DNA from: Amphiscolops sp. MND2022
Lineage: Eukaryota
Length of the DNA stretch: 64,000 nt
Assembly: GCA_964187785.1 (NCBI GenBank)
Contig: OZ076409.1
Location: forward strand, 2,294,001-2,358,000
Direction of reading: 5' to 3'
This document shows positions 52,208-64,000 of this stretch, in pieces. How positions within the stretch are numbered: the first letter of the stretch is position 1; every line of letters starts with the position of its first letter. The position numbers and the translations under genes were made by a program. The notes under the pieces are model-generated. The model had not been told where the DNA came from and did not search any database. It worked only from the letters and a program-made list of their open reading frames with translations.

Positions 52208-52939
52208 GGTTGTATCACAGGTCGCAGGTTACTTTCAAAACGAGTATCTGAAAAATATCAAAAACTGTGAGGTTGGAAACATAAGAACATCAGCGGAAAA
52301 AATTGCAGTCAGTGGAAAATGAAGTTTCGAAGGAAGATAAAACGAAAAAGATTTCAAATCGAACTTTAAACTAGAGTTCTGCTTTATTGAAATATGGAAC
52401 TGACAAAACTCAAGCAACTAAGTTTTTGACGGATATTATTCAATGAAACTATCAAGGCTCGTTATCAGTTCGAATCGAACCGCCTGAGTATTGACCGTTG
52501 ACTGCGTAGATGTGTTTACGAAGGCTCAGGTCTGGAGCGTCACGCTGAAAACACTTGAAACTGACTCCGCAACAATGAATGGTCACTCTTCTTTTCTGTG
52601 TGCTGATTCATGTTTCAGCACGATTAAACATGATGAATGCAATTGTTAGACGTGAATTTTTCATATTTACATCTAACTCGTTCTCGATTCGCATCTAGCG
52701 TTGCTAGTGATCCAACATCGTGCTTTGTTATCCGAAAGACGTGTCTGGAAAAGACTGTATAACTGTTTAATTCAACACATGACCACCGTGAATAAATTGC
52801 TGAAAATAGATGAAGACAATCCAAACACTTGGATACCCAAAAACTATGTTTGAGTGCGCGCAAGCATAAATAAAGAATATGCAGTGCATCTGCCACAATT
52901 GATACGATTCCACTTCCTATGATTGCATGTAACTGGGCC

Positions 52940-55900
52940 TATACAGGATAAAAACAGTCGATTGTTCATAACTTACCAGGCTAACACCAGCCAAAAGTGT
53001 CAAGGATTGGGTTCGATTTTAAAAAAAAGCATGTACGGTATTCATCTAAATCTCAATTTATCTCTCTATTCTATCTTTCTATCAGACAGTCTGTCCATTC
53101 ACACTGAGCGGGTACCGGCCGAAAGCGTCTAGACATTAATGTACATGAGCATCAGCTGAAAATATACTTTCTAGGAATTTCTAGGATGTAGTAGGCTAAA
53201 GCTATCCAAAAGTACCTAAAACTGTTTGAAGATGGGTATATAATAGACATATGCAGTGTATCGTTCAACACAGATCCAAACTAGCCAAAACATTCTACGA
53301 TTCGAAGTTGGTACGCATAGATTGGATTTATACAGTCCATCTTTCATCATATAGTAGGTTAACTTCAGTCGAACCTGTTCAAGACTGGAAATTCATGAGC
53401 ATTTATAAGATAAAAGCAGTCTATGTCGCAGTAGAAAGTAGGCCTTTGCCGGCCGCAATCGTCTAAAACTGGATATATGTGACGCTATTTCGGTCAAAAG
53501 CTAAAATTTTCAGCTTGTAGTTTGCTTTTGCTAGCCAGAACTGTCTCAAACTACATACGAGAGGCTTTGTAGGTTAAATGCAGTCTGTCCTTCAATAAAC
53601 AGTAGGCTAATCCTAGCCAATACTGTGTAAAAATGTTCATATACGGTAATACATAGGATAGTTGCAGTTTATCGCTCAGCATATAGGAGGTTGAAACGGT
53701 CAGAACCGTTTACGATTAGAGGTACCCGAACATATACTTGCTATATACAGTCTATCGTTCAGTAAATAGTAGGTTAAAACTCGTCGAAACTGTCCAAGTT
53801 TCGAAACTCATGAGCATTCATAAGAAAATGCAGTGAATCTTGCAGTAGAGAGTAGGCCTTTACCAGCCGCAACCATTCGAAAGTTGATACGTCAGAGGCT
53901 CTTTAGATCATTTGCCGTCTATTTTGAAGTAGATAGGAAGCCATTGCTAGCCTAAACTGTCTTGAACTGGAATTACAAGAGGCTCTGTGGAATATATAGT
54001 CTGTCTTCCAATAGACAAAAATCTAATGCTAGCCAAAACTGTTCAAAAATGTTCATATACGAGTATACATGTGGCATTTGCTATCTATCGTTCGGCATGA
54101 AGCATGTTAGAACCAACCAGAATTTCATATGATTGGAAGTACCTAAGCATCTGTTGGGTATTTACAGTCCATCGTTCAGTAAATAGTACGTTTGAACAAG
54201 TCGAAACAGTCAAAGTTTCGAAAAATAACAGTATTTATTAAAGAGCACTGTATCTTTCAGTAGATATTGGGACATTGCATCTGGAATTGTCTAAAATTGA
54301 ATAAGAGTGACGCTACTCAGGTCAAAAGCAGTCTATTTTTCGGTATGTAGTAGGCTATTGCTAGCCGAAACCCTCCAAAATTGAAAATACGTGAGGCCGT
54401 GTTACATGCAGTCCGTCCAAAATTGAAAATACGTGAGGCCTTGTTGGTTACATTTGGTCTATCTTCCAATAGATAGAAGGCTAATGCCAGCCAAAATTGT
54501 CCAGAATTGCTTGACGATGGATATACAAGAGACATTTGCAGTCTATCGTTCAGTATACAGTACTGACTAACCATGCAAAAGTGTATGAGTTTGGTTATAC
54601 ACTAGCGTATACACAATTTGTGCAGTCAATTTTTCAGTGTTTATAGGCTAACACCAAGAAAAAGTGTCTAAGATTAGATATACAAGAAATTGTAGAGGGT
54701 TTAGGTAATCTCTTTCAATAAATAGAACGCTAAACTAGTCAAAAGTGTCCATGTTTGTATATACATGAGCTCATTTAGGGTGTATGCTGTCTATTTTCTG
54801 TGTATAGTAGACTAACATCATGCTAAAGGGTCTAAAATTGGGTATGCATTATCGTATACACGATTTAGGTAGTCTCTCGTTCAGTATTCAACAGGCTAAC
54901 ACACTATGCAAAACTGTCTGAGATTAGATATACATCACAATGCAGAAGATTTAGGTTCTCTTTCAAGATATAGATCGCTAACACTAGTCAAACGTGTCTG
55001 AGATTGGATATACATTAGCATATACAGGGTATATACAGTCTATCTTTTGGTATATAGTATGCTAACACAAGTCAAAAGTGTCTGAGATTGGATATACATC
55101 AGCATATACCGAGCATATAGAGTCTATCTTTCGGTATATAGTATGCTAACATAATTCAAAAGAGTCTAAGTCTGGTAATACTTTGGCATATGTAAGCTAT
55201 ACGTAATCTCTTCCAAGATATAGAACCCTAACACTAGTCAAAAGCGGGTGAGATTGGATATAAATGAGCTTACACTGGGTATAAACAGTCGATCTTCCAA
55301 TTTATCGAAAGCTAAAAACATTCAAAAGTGTCTAAGACAGGTTATACATTGGTCTATGTAAGCCATACGTAATGTTTTTCAAGATATAGAACGCTAACAC
55401 TAGTCAAAAATGTCTGATATTGGATATACATAAGCTAATACCGGATATATACAGTCTATCTTCCGGTATATAGTATGCTGACAACATTCAAAAGTGTCTA
55501 AGACTGGTTAAACATTGGCACATGTAAGCTATAGGTACTCTCTTTCAAGTTATAGAACGCTAACACTAGCCAAAAGTGTCAGATTAGTTATACATCAGCA
55601 TGTACTAGGTGTATACAGTCTATTTTGGTATATAGTATGCTAACAACAGTCAAAAGTTTCTATGACTTGTTATACATTGGCATATGTAAGCTATACGTAA
55701 TCTCTTCCAAGCCATAGAACGCTAACACTAGTCAAAAGTGTCTGAGATTGGACATACAGGAGCATACGCTGGGTATAAACAGTCTATCGCCCAATTTATC
55801 GAAGGCTAACAACATTCAAAGGTGTCTAAGACTGGTAATACATTGGTCTTTGTAAGCCATACGTAATGTCTTTCGATATAGAACGCTAACACTAGTCAAA

Positions 55901-58900
55901 AGTGTCTGATATTGGATATACAAAAGCTGATACCGGATATATACAGTCTATCTTCCGCTTTATAGTATGCTAACAACATTCAAAAGTGTCTAAGATTGGT
56001 ATACATTGGCACATGTAAGCTATAGGTAATCTCTTTCAAGTTATAGAACGCTAACACTAGCCAAAAGTGCCTGGGATTAGTTATACATCAGCATGTACTA
56101 GGTGTATACAGTATCTTTTGGTATACAGTATGCTAACAACAGTCAAAAGTTTCTAAGACTGGTTATATATTGGCTTTTGTAAGATATACGTAATGTCTTT
56201 CAAGATATAGAACGCTAACACTAGTCAAATGTGTCTGAGATTCGATATACATGAGCTTACACTGGGTAAATACAGTCTATCTTCCAATTTATCGAAGGCT
56301 AACAACATTCAAAGGTGTCGAAGACTGGTTATACATTGGCATATGTAAGCTATACGTAATCTCTTCCAAGCTATAGAACGCTAACACTAGTCAAAAGTGT
56401 CTGAGAATGGACATACAGGAGCATACACTGGGTATAGACAGTCTCTCTTCCGCTATATAGTATGCTAACAACATTCAAAGGTGTCTTTGACTGGTTATAC
56501 ACTAGCGTATACACAATTTGTGCAGTCAATTTTTCAGTGTTTATAGGCTAACACCAAGAAAAAGTGTCTAAGATTAGATATACAAGAAATTGTAGAGGGT
56601 TTAGGTAATCTCTTTCAATAAATAGAACGCTAAACTAGTCAAAAGTGTCCATGTTTGTATATACATGAGCTTATTTAGGGTGTATGCTGTCTATTTTCTG
56701 TGTATAGTAGACTAACATCATGCTAAAGGGTCTAAAATTGGGTATGCATTATCGTATACACGATTTAGGTAGTCTCTCGTTCAGTATTCAACAGGCTAAC
56801 ACACTATGCAAAACTGTCTGAGATTAGATATACATCACAATGCAGAAGATTTAGGTTCTCTTTCAAGATATAGATCGCTAACACTAGTCAAACGTGTCTG
56901 AGATTGGATATACATTAGCATATACAGGGTATATACAGTCTATCTTTTGGTATATAGTATGCTAACACAAGTCAAAAGTGTCTGAGATTGGATATACATC
57001 AGCATATACCGAGCATATAGAGTCTATCTTTCGGTATATAGTATGCTAACATAATTCAAAAGAGTCTAAGTCTGGTAATACTTTGGCATATGTAAGCTAT
57101 ACGTAATCTCTTCCAAGATATAGAACCCTAACACTAGTCAAAAGCGGGTGAGATTGGATATAAATGAGCTTACACTGGGTATAAACAGTCGATCTTCCAA
57201 TTTATCGAAGGCTAAAAACATTCAAAAGTGTCTAAGACAGGTTATACATTGGTCTATGTAAGCCATACGTAATGTTTTTCAAGATATAGAACGCAAACAC
57301 TAGTCAAAAATGTCTGATATTGGATATACATAAGCTAATACCGGATATATACAGTCTATCTTCCGGTATATAGTATGCTGACAACATTCAAAAGTGTCTA
57401 AGACTGGTTAAACATTGGCACATGTAAGCTATAGGTACTCTCTTTCAAGTTATAGAACGCTAACACTAGCCAAAAGGGTCAGATTAGTTATACATCAGCA
57501 TGTACTAGGTGTATACAGTCTATTTTGGTATATAGTATGCTAACAACAGTCAAAAGTTTCTATGACTTGTTATACATTGGCATATGTAAGCTATACGTAA
57601 TCTCTTCCAAGCTATAGAACGCTAACACTAGTCAAAAGTGTCTGAGATTCGATATACATGAGCTTACACTGGGTAAATACAGTCTATCTTCCAATTTATC
57701 GAAGGCTAACAACATTCAAAGGTGTCGAAGACTGGTTATACATTGGCATATGTAAGCTATACGTAATCTCTTCCAAGCTATAGAACGCTAACACTAGTCA
57801 AAAGTGTCTGAGATTGGACATACAGGAGCATACACTGGGTATATACAGTCTCTCTTCCGCTATATAGTATGCTAACAACATTCAAAGGTGTCTTTGACTG
57901 GTTATACATTGGCATATGTAAGCTATACGTAATCTCTTCCAAGCTAAAGAACGCTAACACTAGTCAAAAGTGTCTGAGATTGGACATACAGGAGCATACA
58001 CCATACACTGGGTATATACACTTTATCTCCCAATTTATCGAAGGCTAACAACATTCAAAAGTGTCTAAGTCTGGTAATACTTTGGCATATGTAAGCTATA
58101 CGTGATCTCTTCCAAGAGATAGAACCCTAACATTAGTCAAAAGCGGGTGAGATTGGATATACATGAGCATATACCGGGTATATACAGTCTCTCTTCCGCT
58201 ATATAGTATGCTAACAACATTCAAAGGTGTCTATGACTGGTTATACATTGGCATATGTAAGCTATACGTAATCTCTTCCAAGCTAAAGAACGCTAACACT
58301 AGTCAAAAGTGTCTGAGATTGGACATACAGGAGCATACACTGGGTATAAACAGTCTAGCGCCCAATTTACCGAAGGCTAAAAACATTCAAAAGTGTCTAA
58401 GACAGGTTATACATTGGTCTATGTAAGCCATACGTAATGTTTTTCAAGATATAGAACGCTAACACTAGTCAAAAATGTCTGATATTGGATATACATAAGC
58501 TAATACCGGATATATACAGTCTATCTTCCGGTATATAGTATGCTGACAACATTCAAAAGTGTCTAAGACTGGTTAAACATTGGCACATGTAAGCTATAGG
58601 TACTCTCTTTCAAGTTATAGAACGCTAACACTAGCCAAAAGGGTCAGATTAGTTATACATCAGCATGTACTAGGTGTATACAGTCTATTTTGGTATATAG
58701 TATGCTAACAACAGTCAAAAGTTTCTATGACTTGTTATACATTGGCATATGTAAGCTATACGTAATCTCTTCCAAGCTATAGAACGCTAACACTAGTCAA
58801 AAGTGTCTGAGATTGGACATACAGGAGCATACATTGGGTATAAACAGTCTATCGCCCAATTTATCGAAGGCTAACAACATTCAAAGGTGTCTAAGACTGG

Positions 58901-60000
58901 TAATACATTGGTCTTTGTAAGCCATACGTAATGTCTTTCGATATAGAACGCTAACACTAGTCAAAAGTGTCTGATATTGGATATACAAAAGCTGATACCG
59001 GATATTTACAGTCTATCTTCCGCTATATAGTATGCTAACAACATTCAAAAGTGTCTAAGATTGGTATACATTGGCACATGTAAGCTATAGGTAATCTCTT
59101 TCAAGTTATAGCACGCTAACACTAGCCAAAAGTGCCTGGGATTAGTTATACATCAGCATATCCTAGGTGTATACAGTATCTTTTGGTATACAGTATGCTA
59201 ACAACAGTCAAAAGTTTCTAAGACTGGTTATATATTGGCTTTTGTAAGATATACGTAATGTCTTTCAAGATATAGAACGCTAACACTAGTCAAATGTGTC
59301 TGAGATTCGATATACATGAGCTTACACTGGGTAAATACAGTCTATCTTCCAATTTATCGAAGGCTAACAACATTCAAAGGTGTCTTTGACTGGTTATACA
59401 TTGGCATATGTAAGCTATACGTAATCTCTTCCAAGCTAAAGAACGCTAACACTATTCAAAAGTGTCTGAGATTGGACATACAGGAGCATACACTGGGTAT
59501 ATACACTTTATCTCCCAATTTATCGAAGGCTAACAACATTCAAAAGTGTCTAAGTCTGGTAATACTTTGGCATATGTAAGCTATACGTGATCTCTTCCAA
59601 GAGATAGAACCCTAACATTAGTCAAAAGCGGGTGAGATTGGATATACATGAGCATATACCGGGTATATACAGTCTCTCTTCCGCTATATAGTATGCTAAC
59701 AACATTCAAAGGTGTCTATGACTGGTTATACATTGGCATATGTAAGCTATACGTAATCTCTTCCAAGCTAAAGAACGCTAACACTAGTCAAAAGTGTCTG
59801 AGATTGGACATACAGGAGCATACACTGGGTATATACACTCTATCTCCCAATTTATCGAAGGCTAACAACCTTCAAAAGTGTCTAAGTCTGGTAATACTTT
59901 GGCATATGTAAGCTATACGTGATCTCTTCCAAGAGATAGAACCCTAACACTAGTCAAAAGCGGGTGAGATTGGATATACATGAGCATATACTGGGTATAT
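52940..60000 (+). repeat. 166-bp satellite array in the right TIR, inverted relative to the left
   Basis: Reverse complement of the left array; 54305 pairs with 47838; contains a ~1.9-kb-period duplication (54601 vs 56501); strongly degenerate at 52940-54900. Confidence 0.93.
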
Positions 60001-60157
60001 GCAATCGATCTTCTGTATATGTATCTTTGAAACCCAGTTTCATTTTTAAATTGGTGCAGAAATACCTCCTACCCATTAATACATACTCAGCAAACTGATG
60101 TAAACGCCGCTACGAGCTCAGAACGCTTTATATGAAAGTACAATTCAAGCTATTTCA

Positions 60158-60237
60158 GCTCACCGTGGCCCAGCGGTAAGCCATCCGACTCCGACCCCAC
60201 CGGCCCGAGCTCGAGCCCCACCAACAAAAATGTTTTT
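60158..60237 (+). ncRNA. tRNA-like Pol III cassette in the right TIR
   Basis: A box TGGCCCAGCGG, B box GAGCTCGAGCC, T5 at 60233-60237, TATA-like TTATATGAAA ~25 nt upstream; the cloverleaf stems do not pair. Confidence 0.5.
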
Positions 60238-61400
60238 CTACTTTAATTCAGGACCCGACTACGCTGAAAACTCAAGGCATACACACCACCACTACTCTAG
60301 GGTCACTTTGGCCCAAACTTGATACCAGTGGGATAAAAGGGCCACAAACGAAAACTGGAAAAACGGAAAATCTGCGCTCAATTTTTTTTCTGATTTTTTG
60401 GTCCCATTTTCTTGATCTCGGAGACATCATGTCAATATTCTGTGGAAAAGTTCAAAATGCTATGTAAAATCGTCTGAAAATCCTATTGAAGAGTTTTCTT
60501 CACCATACGGTCAGCTGGTGCGTTTAGAAGTTTGCAGAATTTAACTGGTACGAAATCGTACCAGGTCCATTTAGGGTAAATGTTTTTTCCAAAAAGCCTA
60601 ATTTTACAGCTTATTTTTTCCGAGATTGTAGAATGATTCCGAAATCAACAATATCACGGGCTTCGATAAATTCAGGGGGGGGTTGATTGAACAAAATATT
60701 TCTCATAAAGTCTGACCAAAGTAGACCAAAATGAGAAAAACATCAATTTTGAACTAAATTTGGCTAAAAATGGCCCATCTTACTCTAACAATTTTCATCG
60801 CATAATTTTCAAACAAAAATATTTGTAAACTAGATAGAAATCGAAGAAACTTTTACTTTGACCATTTTTCACAGGCACCGCCGTTTTCGAGATATTCGAT
60901 TTTGAGATTTTCCTTATGTTGCTTTTAATGGCGGATTCCCAAAGCGTCGAATATTCAAAGCGTCGAAATTTTGCAAGCTATTCATCGCGCCCAAAAATAA
61001 TTAGTGAACGCTTCTGATTGGTTGAAAATTGAAATAAGAATTAAATTTGTTGAATTTGTGTGCTACACAGCATCGAACTAATTACGATAACGTAGTCAGC
61101 TATGTTCACATACTCCTAGTGCCCTAACTGCAGGAGCGAAGCGAAGTAGAGCGACGCGCCATATGGCCATGCCTCAATGTTGTTACTTGGCGAAGGGAGC
61201 GAAGCGACCGAGTCATACAACAAATATGCTAACCTCTTCAAATAATAACCTGAAAATAATCGCTGATATGGAGTTTTTCGACGCGATGAATACTTTCGTT
61301 TAATTTCGACTCAATGAATAGCCTCTGCTTTTAATAATATCACTAATTGACCCAAACAGTAGAATATTGAAATCAGAAAGGGAAGCAAAATAAAACCAGC

Positions 61401-61547
61401 CTGTAGTTATTGAGGTCATCCACGTGAGCATCATTGAGCACGTCGTTCTCTTCGGACGAGAGCGGATTGTCTTCGAAGGCAGCGTCGTTCTCTTCCGACA
61501 AGTCTTCGTCATCGCCACCAATGAAAAACGGCCGCGAGTGAGAGGAT
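61401..61547 (-). CDS. Putative upstream acidic exon, possibly of the furry gene
   Basis: Coding-like island SSHSRPFFIGGDDEDLSEENDAAFEDN...NNYR. The phase-2 end AG|GCTGGT fits the 1-nt start of exon 43673. No homology support and no in-frame ATG. Confidence 0.4.
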
Positions 61548-63212
61548 CTGTCCAATCAGAAGCGAGTATTAGAGACCTCGTAAAATTCCAATCAGTCAAT
61601 GAAAAACATTCGAGAAAATGGGGTCTGTTGAACTAAAACTTGGACAACAAGAAAGGACTTAAATGCGTCATCAACAGTGAATTAAGTCGCTTGTAGCGAA
61701 AGCGCAAAAAAGCGAAAGCGACGACTGAAATTTGCGCTTATCTAATTGGGTAATTGGTCAGAAATTATAGCTATTTTGGTTACAAAAAGTGCCAAATTCT
61801 AACAGTGGCAAGTTTTTTTGTACTGAGAATTTCACCCGACATTGGTACAATAGAAAAATTTGTCTCTGGTGGTGGTAGTTTGTTGAGATAAAGAAGTAAC
61901 CGATCGAAATTTTCAAAAGTTCGTAATGTTTTTCAAAAAATTGCAGCTTTTGAGAACCAAAATTCGCTGAGCCAGCGTTTTCTTCCAAAAAGCGCCGCTT
62001 AAGCGTGCCAGTCATACGCGCAACAAGCGATGAGCGCGTTTTTTTGGGAAAACCTAATTCACTGGTCATCAATTATGATGAAGGAAACAATTCCTTGAAC
62101 TAGCACCTCAAGTATGGAAAAACTAGAATTCTGTTAAGACGTCTATTCGGAAAATTTCACATATGTGAAACTCACATCGGACATTGTCGGGAATCTGAAA
62201 AAGAAGCCGCGGCTTCTAACCCGATCAGAAGGTAGAATCAACTTACGTACTTTACCAATCCCTTATTCTCCAAAAATGCCCGCAATGTTTTGAAACTGTG
62301 TGATTATTTGTTGCTGTAGATTTACTTGTTCACTTAAAAAGCAAACTTGGAAAAAAAAACTTGCTTTATTTCAAAAATCAATTGAACAAGTTTTATTGTT
62401 TAAAAACAGGTTTTTCATTTTTTTTCGCATCAGAGTTCATTTGGCGACGTAAAAACTTTGTGATGTTTTTTGTTTCGCTCAACTTTGTTGTGAAGTGGAA
62501 ATTCCGATTTTTCACACTTCCTCTTCCCGGCGGCTATGAACCAATTTGTTCAATATTCGGAAGCAATTACAGCTGTGTGAAGATCAGAATGGAGATCATT
62601 TCAAGCACCTAATGTAAATGAAAGAACTTTAAATGTATCAAAACCACAATTTCCATTTATTGTTCAAAATCTGTTAAAAAATTGTAACGTTCTGAATAGT
62701 AGTCATTGAGATATTTGAAATTAAAAATGACACATACCGTGTTTCAGCGAATACAGGCCGCGGCTTAAAAGTTTTTTCCGTAGCGATTTTGCGGCCTATA
62801 TTTGCAAAAATACGCAGTTATGGCATTTAGGATAAAATTGTCAGGGTAAATGCGGCTTCTAATCAGTTGAGTATCCCTGTCTAGCAATGCCAGGAAACTG
62901 CTGATTGGTGGTATAAGTTCAGATGGGGTGCACATTCGTCCGGGAAAAGTAGCAAGGCACATGCTGTGGAGGGAATTTCCCGCCCAGAAATTGCCAAGAG
63001 TCTCGTCTCAGCAGGAAGTGTGACCAGACGGAGAGTAACTGCCACTGGCCTCAATTGAAGTCACGCAATAGGACAGTAATTCCCGGAACATATGTGTTAG
63101 AAGCCCCCGTAACAATGAAACACTGAGGAAAATGAAGAAAAGAGAAAGTACGATACAACTTGAAAAGATGAACATGATGGAAACGTGAGGGTAAATTCTA
63201 GTGAAAAGAGAT

Positions 63213-63976
63213 TCAACTTAGAAAAACTCGATGTGGTCTCCAATCATATTGGGCGACGGGTTCTGTGGATTTGGTCTCCTGGACAAGGTCATGCCATAGG
63301 GCTATGATAGTATCCAAATGGCCTCCATGGATGAGTCCGAACCTGACCAAATTGAGATGCGAAAGGATTTCCTTGCTAGGGGAATTGGCTGAGGTTTCCT
63401 CTGAATTCTCTAATTGCCCTATTCGTAGGAAGTACTCTCCGAGTTTTGGTGCCACAGGGTATTCTCTTCTGGCTCTCTCCTTGGCGTACTTGAGTGACGT
63501 CCCAGTAAGCTCGTTGCAGTGCTTGTCATACAAAGGTAGTCCCGGGGTTTCCATCCGGATTCTGTGCTCCTTTACTAAATGAGCGTCGGTACGGCAATGA
63601 TGCAGAATTTCTAAGGGCCCCTTCGTTTTCAAAGAAAGTTCCACAAGGCATACCCGACAACGGTACTTGTGGGGATAGCGGGCAGCGTCAGCCGGCGCAG
63701 TCGCAAAGAACTTGAGTGTGTCGTGGTTTAGCACGTTTTGCAGCGGGAAGCTTCTCAACTCGTTTGTTCTTCCGCTTTAGGGGCTTTTCGGCTTCACGAG
63801 GAGTCTCTTCACAAGACGAAAAATCGGTTTCGGTCTCACTCGTTGACTCCGAGGCGCTTGAACAACTATCCGCTTCCTGGACCAGCTTACTCTTCTTTAC
63901 GGGAGAGACCTTTTTTACACTAGTGTCCGTAGGCTCTGGGGACGGGCTAACGTTTGGTGGGGTCCCGGAAGTAACA
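63213..63976 (-). pseudogene. Frameshifted TE-like ORF with a BED/U1-type zinc finger
   Basis: Ser/acidic/basic N-terminal segment, frameshift near 63720, then CRVC-x(15)-H-C-x(4)-H (YRCRVCLVELSL...ILHHCRTDAH). Confidence 0.55.
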
Positions 63977-64000
63977 CTAAAACGTGAATGATTTAATCTC

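Larger units (their letters stand above)
44746..60296. mobile_element. Maverick/Polinton-derived, apparently non-autonomous element
   Basis: Termini AGTAGT...ACTACT; exact 6-bp TSD CTAGGG (44740-44745, 60297-60302); TIRs at least 3 kb; adenain-like protease remnant inside. Confidence 0.9.
44523..60576. mobile_element. piggyBac-type MITE (~500 bp) split by the Maverick insertion
   Basis: TIR CCCTAAATGGACC at 44523 and GGTCCATTTAGGG ending at 60576; flanks TTAA (left) and TAAA (right). Confidence 0.75.

Noticed and set aside
45131..59911. Repeated 60-87 aa ORFs (e.g. MSIYRVYTVSLP...)
   Set aside because: Incidental translations of the 166-bp satellite; the period is not a multiple of 3.
45040..60000. 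CRISPR-like repeat/spacer array
   Set aside because: The intervening sequences are themselves homologous satellite halves, not unique spacers; there are no cas genes and the context is eukaryotic.
60158..60230. Functional tRNA gene (Arg-CCG-like)
   Set aside because: Acceptor and anticodon stems do not pair; kept only as a tRNA-like cassette.

Overview
Eukaryotic (invertebrate animal-like), AT-rich, repeat-dense window with one 200-N gap (47839-48038). The host gene is a minus-strand Furry/FRY (Tao3/Mor2) orthologue: 13 exons splice in frame from 43673 to 1974, a possible further exon lies at 61401-61547, and the gene continues past the left edge. It has two or three GC donors and one anomalous donor. 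The introns are filled with nested transposons: a BEL/Pao LTR element (intact LTRs, 5-bp TSD, extra SGNH-esterase-like ORF) inside a hAT transposase; a decayed Helentron-type RepHel ending in a GIY-YIG-like domain; about 12 Helentron-associated short elements (HINEs); and several MITEs with TSDs. The most striking object is a 15.5-kb Maverick/Polinton derivative (44746-60296; AGTAGT termini, CTAGGG TSD). Its multi-kb terminal inverted repeats are built from a 166-bp satellite and carry a tRNA-like Pol III cassette. Its small core shows no pPolB, integrase, ATPase or capsid gene, but has a broken adenain-like protease, a PC4-like ORF and an HUH-motif ORF. All family calls are by eye from motifs; no database search was run.
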